From: Oligoflexia bacterium
GTDB taxonomy: Bacteria; Bdellovibrionota_G; JANQFH01
Length of the DNA: 64,000 nucleotides
NCBI GenBank assembly: GCA_028277945.1
Contig: JANQFH010000008.1
Coordinates: 195,442 to 259,441, forward strand
Direction of reading: 5' to 3'
Both the position numbers and the translations under genes were made by a program. How positions within the stretch are numbered: the stretch's first letter is position 1; every line of letters begins with the position of its first letter. The notes beneath the pieces were generated by a model that saw only the letters and a list, made by a program, of their open reading frames with translations, had not been told where the DNA came from and ran no database searches. Positions 58,139 through 64,000 of the stretch are shown in pieces.

Positions 58139-58536
58139 TGTATCTTCTTGATACCAACATTTGTATTTATATTATCCGAAAAAAACCGAAGAAAGTATTA
58201 AACCAACTGCAGTCTATATCTCCTACTGAGATTGGCATCTCTGCTGTGACCCTTGGCGAGTTGCAGTATGGTGTTGAAAATAGTAAACAGCCGACAAAAA
58301 ATCAAGAGGCGCTGAATTATTTTTTGGCACCATTAGAAATCTATCTGTTCGGTGTGGAAGCAGCTCAGATGTATGGTAAGGTACGTGCTGATCTCGAGAC
58401 CAGAGGCAAGACCATTGGGCCGTTTGATACGATGATTGGGGCACACGCTTTGGCATTAGGGGCGATTTTGGTTACAAATAATACTAGGGAGTTTTCGCGG
58501 ATTAAGAGTCTATCTGTCGAAAACTGGACTCGGTAG
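58138..58536 (+). CDS. vapC: PIN-domain ribonuclease toxin VapC
   Basis: 132-aa ORF; PIN-like acidic residues (MYLLDTNICIY ..., TLGELQYG, FDTMIGAHALALGAILVTNN). Confidence 0.8.
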   Translation: MYLLDTNICIYIIRKKPKKVLNQLQSISPTEIGISAVTLGELQYGVENSKQPTKNQEALNYFLAPLEIYLFGVEAAQMYGKVRADLETRGKTIGPFDTMIGAHALALGAILVTNNTREFSRIKSLSVENWTR

Positions 58537-58591
58537 ACTCTTCAACCCTTGTGATGCACCGCATCTAGAGTCTGGGAATCTGCTGCAACGC

Positions 58592-60259
58592 CTACCGTAA
58601 CATATCTTCGACCTGGGCATAGAGGTCATCGCCGCGCAGGTCCTTAGCTGCTATGGTGCCCTCTTTATCAATCACGAAAACCCGGGGGTAGGAGCGTACG
58701 CAGTAAAGGGTGCGGATATTATGTGTTGCATCGTGGAGCTGTGTCCAGTCCATAGTGAACCTGCCGGAGTCAAGAAAACGTTTAAGATCGGCCAAACTAT
58801 TGTCAGTAGAAACTGAAACCAATGCAAACTCGTTTGAGTCGCCAAAAGCTTGGTGCAGTTTAATAAGGTTTGGTAACTCGTTGATGCAGGGAGGGCAGGT
58901 GGTGTACCAAAAATCAAGTACCACGACCTTGCCTTTGAGGTGTTCTAATTCAATTGGATTGTTGTCCAAATCTTTTATGTTGCCGCCAAAACCAAAGTCT
59001 GGCGCTGGTTTGCCTACTACCAAGTGGTCTAATTCCGTGAGCATTCTCTCACAGTAAGACAGGTCTCTACTGTTTGGAAAGTGCTCGATCATGAGGTTGC
59101 AGTATTCTCTTGCTGTATCGAGATGGCCGGTTTTCTCGGCATGGTATGCAAACGCGTAGAGGAGGAATGGACCGGTATAGGAGTTGGTGCGCACATCCAT
59201 ATTGTTGGTGGCTAGGGTTTGCTCGATGCTTGTACTCAGGGCGATGTCGATGGCCTCCAACCAGGTTTTATCGTCGTCTCGCTTAGAGATCTCTTCTTCA
59301 CTATCGTCCATAATGCGGGCGAGGGATAGTGCTCGCCTTGCATCCATGCCAACCTCTGGTGCTGTGGGGTGGTTGGTGGCGAGATCTTCGAAGTGCTGTA
59401 ACCATTTTAGGGTGGCCACCTCTGGGTCGATCCATTCTACGTCTGTTTCCGGGCCTCGATACGGTCTCCGTAATTTGAAAAGAATAGTGAGAAGATCGAA
59501 GTAAATCTGGGATTGAATGCGTGGTGCTCTGTGGGTCTCTAGCATTGCTTCAAAGTACGGTAGCCACTCTTCTTGCGCCTTCTGTCGATCCCGCTGGCTA
59601 CGAAGATAGTCGCGTCTTTGGAGTGCATAGTGGATTGCTGAAGCACTCGACGTTGTCGGATGCCCATCTAGGCTAGCCCTTAATGCATCTACGAGTTTTT
59701 GCGACCTACCGCTGACTGCAGCCCACTTTAGTGCTGTTACAGCAAGGTTGCCGACCGCTTCGTCTTCGGGTCTTTGCTCGAGCATGGTGAGGTAGAGCTC
59801 TACTGCCTTGGCTAAATAGGCAGCAGGTTCTTGGGCTTGATGGGCTGCACGTTGGTAGGCAGCTAGCAGATCGTGCTGCATCTCAGGTATGCGTGCCTGG
59901 TTTTCTTCTGCTGCGAGGGCTTTTTCCAAGCGGCCGAGCCAGTCGGGATAAAAATCTGCGGGCTCTTCGGGCACATCCTTAACCGAACCTGTTTTGATGG
60001 CCGCTTCAAAGCGTTGCATGGCGATGGCATCGTCGCTGAGATCGATGGTTGCTGCTAGGCCATGGCGTTGGCGTTGTTCTAAGCGCCAGCGGATAAAAGC
60101 TTTTTGACGGTCCTTTTTTATCCTATGCCAAGTTGCTTCAGTAACGGTAAAAGTAGCGGAAAAATCTTGTTCGAACCTCTCATACCCCTGCTGAGCGTAA
60201 CTATTAGAGATTATTAGGCTAGAGACAATGATGGCAAGGATGGTGCGGTGTAGAGACAT
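58592..60259 (-). CDS. secreted TPR-like / TlpA-like thioredoxin-fold thiol-disulfide oxidoreductase
   Basis: 555-aa ORF; signal peptide, helical N-terminal region, C-terminal thioredoxin-like domain with WYTTCPPC active-site motif. Confidence 0.65.
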   Translation of the reverse strand: MSLHRTILAIIVSSLIISNSYAQQGYERFEQDFSATFTVTEATWHRIKKDRQKAFIRWRLEQRQRHGLAATIDLSDDAIAMQRFEAAIKTGSVKDVPEEPADFYPDWLGRLEKALAAEENQARIPEMQHDLLAAYQRAAHQAQEPAAYLAKAVELYLTMLEQRPEDEAVGNLAVTALKWAAVSGRSQKLVDALRASLDGHPTTSSASAIHYALQRRDYLRSQRDRQKAQEEWLPYFEAMLETHRAPRIQSQIYFDLLTILFKLRRPYRGPETDVEWIDPEVATLKWLQHFEDLATNHPTAPEVGMDARRALSLARIMDDSEEEISKRDDDKTWLEAIDIALSTSIEQTLATNNMDVRTNSYTGPFLLYAFAYHAEKTGHLDTAREYCNLMIEHFPNSRDLSYCERMLTELDHLVVGKPAPDFGFGGNIKDLDNNPIELEHLKGKVVVLDFWYTTCPPCINELPNLIKLHQAFGDSNEFALVSVSTDNSLADLKRFLDSGRFTMDWTQLHDATHNIRTLYCVRSYPRVFVIDKEGTIAAKDLRGDDLYAQVEDMLR

Positions 60260-60390
60260 GGGCTCTCCTTTTTCGATGCATTACTGAGCCCATAACTGAT
60301 TTCTGCCAATTTAGCAATGGCGTCAAATGGCTTTGCGAGAGCTCTGATATTGTTCATACAAACACTCACTTATAGTATATTTCAGAGACT

Positions 60391-61332
60391 ATGGTCTGCC
60401 GTTGGGTCTTGTTGGGAGTACTGTTTGCTAGCGTTTCTGGCTATGGCAACTCCTTAGAGTACCATCCGGTGACGCCGGGTAAGGTGTGGTGGATTGTGGC
60501 GCCGGATGAGAAGATACCCCGGTTTGATCCTTCGGGCTTGGTGAAATACCAAGGCCAGTGGCTGGTGGTGAGCGATCGGACGGCTTACAACGATATCTAC
60601 AAACTTACTGAAGTGGGACGGTCTAAGCTGCAAGCAGAGACATTTTTACAACTACAGTTGCCAGCAAGCCAATCCAAAGGCCAACCCAAGCATCGTCAAG
60701 ACTTTGAAGGCATTACCTATTGTCATGGGCGTTTCTATATCGTCGAAGAGATAACCAACTCACTGTTGACGGTGGAGCTGTCTGGAAAGACTACAGTACA
60801 ACCCTTGGATCTGGTTTCTATCCATAAGGAGAGATCCCAGGCTCCAGCTACGGGTACTAGCCGTGGTGGCTTGGAAGGTGTTAGCTGCGATGCCCACAAG
60901 CAGCAACTCTATGTGGCCAACGAGCGGCAGTTCCGTATGATCTACGTGTTAAAACTTGGTATGGCTAAACCCTTTGACTTTTTTGATGTGCCAGCTGGTT
61001 GGGATTCACCAAGATGGGAGGGGCGGTTTGATGTCTTTCCTGACTATACGGGTCTGCACTTTGCGGATGGCTTTCTCTATGCGCTACAACGTAGCGACCA
61101 TCAGATCTTAAAGATTGATCCAAAGAAGAAACGTCTGGTCGCTGTACTCAAGTACGATTTGGATGAGAGGACGATCTACCGCTGGAAAAAGCCCTTTGGC
61201 ATGGCGGAAGGACTCTATGTGGATAAAGAGAAGATCTATCTGTTGCTGGATAACAATGGTGTCGGGCGAAGAAAGAAGCGCAGAGATATCTCAGCGAGCT
61301 TGGTCGAACTCGCACGTCCACAGGGATTTTAG
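60391..61332 (+). CDS. secreted hypothetical protein
   Basis: 313-aa ORF with signal peptide; no recognised catalytic motif. Confidence 0.4.
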   Translation: MVCRWVLLGVLFASVSGYGNSLEYHPVTPGKVWWIVAPDEKIPRFDPSGLVKYQGQWLVVSDRTAYNDIYKLTEVGRSKLQAETFLQLQLPASQSKGQPKHRQDFEGITYCHGRFYIVEEITNSLLTVELSGKTTVQPLDLVSIHKERSQAPATGTSRGGLEGVSCDAHKQQLYVANERQFRMIYVLKLGMAKPFDFFDVPAGWDSPRWEGRFDVFPDYTGLHFADGFLYALQRSDHQILKIDPKKKRLVAVLKYDLDERTIYRWKKPFGMAEGLYVDKEKIYLLLDNNGVGRRKKRRDISASLVELARPQGF

Positions 61333-61337
61333 CGATT

Positions 61338-61832
61338 TTAGTTTGCCAGCTGTTCTAGGGAAGCCTTAAGCTTTTTGTTGAGGCGATCGCCACGATACTG
61401 AATTCTGCCATGCTGATCAACCAGAATGATGGTTGGGGTGGCGTTTACTTTAAAGAGTTCTGCAAGCTCTATATTGGAGTCGATGAGGTTGGGGTAGGGG
61501 AGTGAGGTCTTATTAATAAATGCCTGTGCCTTGGCAACTTTAATGTCAACGCTGATGCCAACGATATCGACCTTGGTGTGGAGTTGCTCATAGAGCTTTA
61601 GAAGCTCAGCGATTTCATAGTGGCAGGACTGGCACCAACTGGCCCAAAAGAGCAACAGTGTTGGTTTTTGGCGGCTGGCTGGATCAAACTGCCACGGCTG
61701 ACCACCCAGCGTTTGCGCGGTGAAGCTTGGGGCTAACGCTGTAGCAGGAGTAGGATTGGTTTTACCGAGAGCAAACGTGGCGACGACGCTGCTTAAGACA
61801 ACCAACAACAGAATGGGCTTTGCTGTGTGCAT
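61338..61832 (-). CDS. TlpA/ResA-like periplasmic thioredoxin
   Basis: 164-aa ORF; signal peptide; WASWCQSC CxxC motif in a thioredoxin-size domain. Confidence 0.75.
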   Translation of the reverse strand: MHTAKPILLLVVLSSVVATFALGKTNPTPATALAPSFTAQTLGGQPWQFDPASRQKPTLLLFWASWCQSCHYEIAELLKLYEQLHTKVDIVGISVDIKVAKAQAFINKTSLPYPNLIDSNIELAELFKVNATPTIILVDQHGRIQYRGDRLNKKLKASLEQLAN

Positions 61833-61895
61833 GAGGAAAATGTAACCTACCGAGTTTGAGTTGACAAATGACCTTTATATAGTCATAGTATAGTC

Positions 61896-62183
61896 ATGAA
61901 AAGGTCATCAGCACTACCCAAAAAATCTATTAATATCGCAAGCTTAAAGGCAGAGTTGGCGAAGTATCTGCGCTTGGTTAAAGCTGGAGAGGAGGTTGTG
62001 GTGTTGGAGCATAGGATGCCGATTGCCAAGATTATCCCGTTTGCGACCGATAGCACGCTCGAGTCTATTCAGCCTAAAGGGAACTTTGCCGCCAAGGTGG
62101 CTAAATTAAAGATTCCGCCGCTAAAGAGGAGAACTGGTGTTGATTCCCTCAAGCTTCTTTTGGCCGAACGTGGTCAGCGCTGA
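61896..62183 (+). CDS. Phd/YefM-family antitoxin
   Basis: 95-aa ORF with Phd/YefM-like N-terminal region (ASLKAELAKYLRLVKAGEEVVVLEHRMPIAKIIP); overlaps the downstream PIN gene start. Confidence 0.55.
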   Translation: MKRSSALPKKSINIASLKAELAKYLRLVKAGEEVVVLEHRMPIAKIIPFATDSTLESIQPKGNFAAKVAKLKIPPLKRRTGVDSLKLLLAERGQR

Positions 62184-62596
62184 TGTTAGCCTACGTGGAT
62201 TCGTCTGTACTACTGCGCATTGTTCTTGCGGAACCTCACGCCCTAAAAGAGTTCAGAGAGATCAACTTTGCGGTCTCTAGTGAGTTGATTCGGGTTGAGT
62301 GTTTAAGAACGATGGATCGTTATAGAGTGCAAGCGTCTCTGTCGGAGGAGGAGTACCTATCTCGTGTTGGTCTTGTGCACGACCTTCTTGCTGAGTTTGA
62401 ATTGATTAAAATTTCATCCATGGTTTTGAACCGAGCCTGTCATCCCTTTCCCGTCAGGCTAGGAACCTTGGATGCTATCCATCTTTCAAGCTGCCTATTG
62501 TATGGAGAGAGGGCCGAACAAGAGATCACCCTCTGCTCCCATGACGAAAGCTTAAAAAGAGCAGCGCGATCTCTTGGACTAGCTGTGCTTGGTTAG
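62183..62596 (+). CDS. PIN-domain toxin (VapC-like)
   Basis: 137-aa ORF; PIN-type pattern (LAYVDSSVLL ..., TLDAIHLSS). Confidence 0.65.
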   Translation: MLAYVDSSVLLRIVLAEPHALKEFREINFAVSSELIRVECLRTMDRYRVQASLSEEEYLSRVGLVHDLLAEFELIKISSMVLNRACHPFPVRLGTLDAIHLSSCLLYGERAEQEITLCSHDESLKRAARSLGLAVLG

Positions 62597-62768
62597 ACCA
62601 CATACCTTCAGGCCAAAAAACAAATAATTTCAAATAGTTATTTTATATTCTGGTTTAAACAGAGGTCAGCTTTCCATATTTGTATAAATTTAGAAACTAT
62701 ACTTGCCAAATTTGTACAAATACAGCGCACTGATGTGGTCACACTGTTGGAGTTTCTGACCTGATGGG

Positions 62769-63206
62769 TTAGCGCTCGAGCCAGGCGGCAACGATGCCCA
62801 TGCAGGTGACGGCAATGGTGTCGAAAATGATCTGTTTGAAAACAAGCATGCCTGGTGTGGGCTGAACGGCGTAGTAGATGAGATAGACCGGAATGATGGC
62901 GATCAAGGCGACGGCGATGCCGTAGCGCAGACCCTGACCGAGCCACGGTTTGTTTGCTTTACCCTGACGGTAAATCCAGACAAAGCCAAAGCTGAAGAGG
63001 ATGTGCGCGAGCAGCATAAAGTGGAAGTAGTTTTGTGAGTCTTCGGGAGTGCGAAAGAGCTCTGGCAGGGTGGCGTAGGTGCCTCCTAAGAGAGCGCCGT
63101 GGACGACAAAACCAAACACCATGGAGAGAACAAAAACAGCCAGTGCAGCTAGGAAGAACTTCTTATCCATGTCCATGATGGTAATGTGATTGAGGGGCTT
63201 AATCAA
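62769..63206 (-). CDS. small integral membrane protein of unknown function
   Basis: 145-aa ORF with about four hydrophobic helices; alternative starts at the internal MDMDKK. Confidence 0.45.
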   Translation of the reverse strand: MIKPLNHITIMDMDKKFFLAALAVFVLSMVFGFVVHGALLGGTYATLPELFRTPEDSQNYFHFMLLAHILFSFGFVWIYRQGKANKPWLGQGLRYGIAVALIAIIPVYLIYYAVQPTPGMLVFKQIIFDTIAVTCMGIVAAWLER

Positions 63207-63367
63207 TGCTTTTCAGCTGGGACATCGATGCCCCTGATATCCAAGCCTTGAAGCAGATTTATCGAGAGTGCCGGTTTGCTTTCGTGAAATAACCACTTGA
63301 AATCTATGAAATATCTGGCAGGATGCAGACAGAGCGGGTGGCATATTCGTTGCTTCACTAGGTCCTG

Positions 63368-64000
63368 ATGAGAAGCCAAAGCCAAAGAGCTCAGCTAGGT
63401 ATTGGTTCACAGACACTGCGGTCATGGTCGTTGCTTGTGGCCTGGATTTTTTTGGTGGCCATGGCTGTCTGCGAGCCACTCTTTGCCCAGATCCCAAGAG
63501 AAAAAGCTCCTCTAACGACACCGCAGCTGCACGGACAAGTCGATGAGGAAGACGCAGAGGCACTCTATGATCTGCTTGTCTTTCTGCATCATGGCGACAT
63601 GGATGCTATTCTAAACTACCTCAAAGAAGAAAAGAACATTAAGACCAAGGAAGATGATGAGCCCCTTAGTAAGAAGCTCATCGTCTATCTCTACTTTTAC
63701 TTTGGCCTGATGGATCCAGATTATGAAGGAACGATTTATTTACGTCCAGTGGAAGGGAGGAGTGGCGCTGAAAGACCAGACTTGGTTTTCAGAAGAGACC
63801 GTGCTGATGGGGCGCACCTGTTTTTCAGGCCTAATGCGGACGATCGGCTTTTTCTGACAGAGCTCGATGAGGCTTATGCTGAACAGAAGACAAACCCGCA
63901 GGTCTCTTTGGATTCACCTGCGCCGTCCTCTTCTCTAACAACCGAGAGCGCTCACCTGACTCGCCTAATTGTTAATTTTAATAACACCCTGTTCGAACAG
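63368..64000 (+). CDS. secreted hypothetical protein (3' end outside window)
   Basis: Open frame from ATG 63368 to the window end with no stop (hence absent from the ORF track); signal-peptide-like LLVAWIFLVAMAVCEPLFAQ. Confidence 0.4.
   Translation, partial: MRSQSQRAQLGIGSQTLRSWSLLVAWIFLVAMAVCEPLFAQIPREKAPLTTPQLHGQVDEEDAEALYDLLVFLHHGDMDAILNYLKEEKNIKTKEDDEPLSKKLIVYLYFYFGLMDPDYEGTIYLRPVEGRSGAERPDLVFRRDRADGAHLFFRPNADDRLFLTELDEAYAEQKTNPQVSLDSPAPSSSLTTESAHLTRLIVNFNNTLFEQ

Noticed and set aside
62638-63563. Minus-strand ORFs 62638..62946, 63203..63385 and 63213..63563
   Set aside because: They overlap better-supported genes (62769..63206 and the partial plus-strand gene from 63368) and are His/Arg-rich
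1-64000. rRNA, tRNA, CRISPR arrays, IS elements or integrase genes
   Set aside because: No cloverleaf-like segments, no regularly spaced direct repeats and no transposase or integrase-like ORFs were seen; a dedicated tRNA or ncRNA scan was not run, so small RNAs cannot be excluded

Overview
This 64-kb window looks like an accessory, variable region of a diderm bacterial genome. I call about 60 protein-coding genes and found no rRNA, tRNA, CRISPR array, transposase or integrase by eye. All calls rest on motif reading of the supplied ORF translations and manual re-translation of short regions; no database search was run. The only clear housekeeping gene is selB (488..2617). The window is dense in toxin-antitoxin and toxin-like modules: hicAB, a Fic protein, hipBA with three operator palindromes, vapBC, a Phd/YefM-PIN pair, a secreted protein ending in a RES domain, and a large secreted protein followed by two tandem immunity-like paralogs. 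The most interesting feature is a cassette repeated in mosaic form five times. Its parts are an orphan family-5 peptide-binding SBP with no ABC permease or ATPase nearby, a hybrid histidine kinase with a C-terminal receiver domain, an MFS transporter, a peptide-modifying-type enzyme (short YcaO-like and/or HExxH protein), and in three copies a short unannotated ORF with a strong Shine-Dalgarno motif that resembles a RiPP precursor. No response regulator or Hpt protein is encoded in the window. I propose this as a candidate, apparently undescribed, modified-peptide production and sensing system; this is inference and needs HMM and experimental confirmation. Degenerate copies and repeated leader elements show the locus is actively rearranging. 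Also present are a type IV pilin-like gene next to a CHASE2 nucleotide cyclase, two TlpA-like thioredoxins and many secreted hypothetical proteins.
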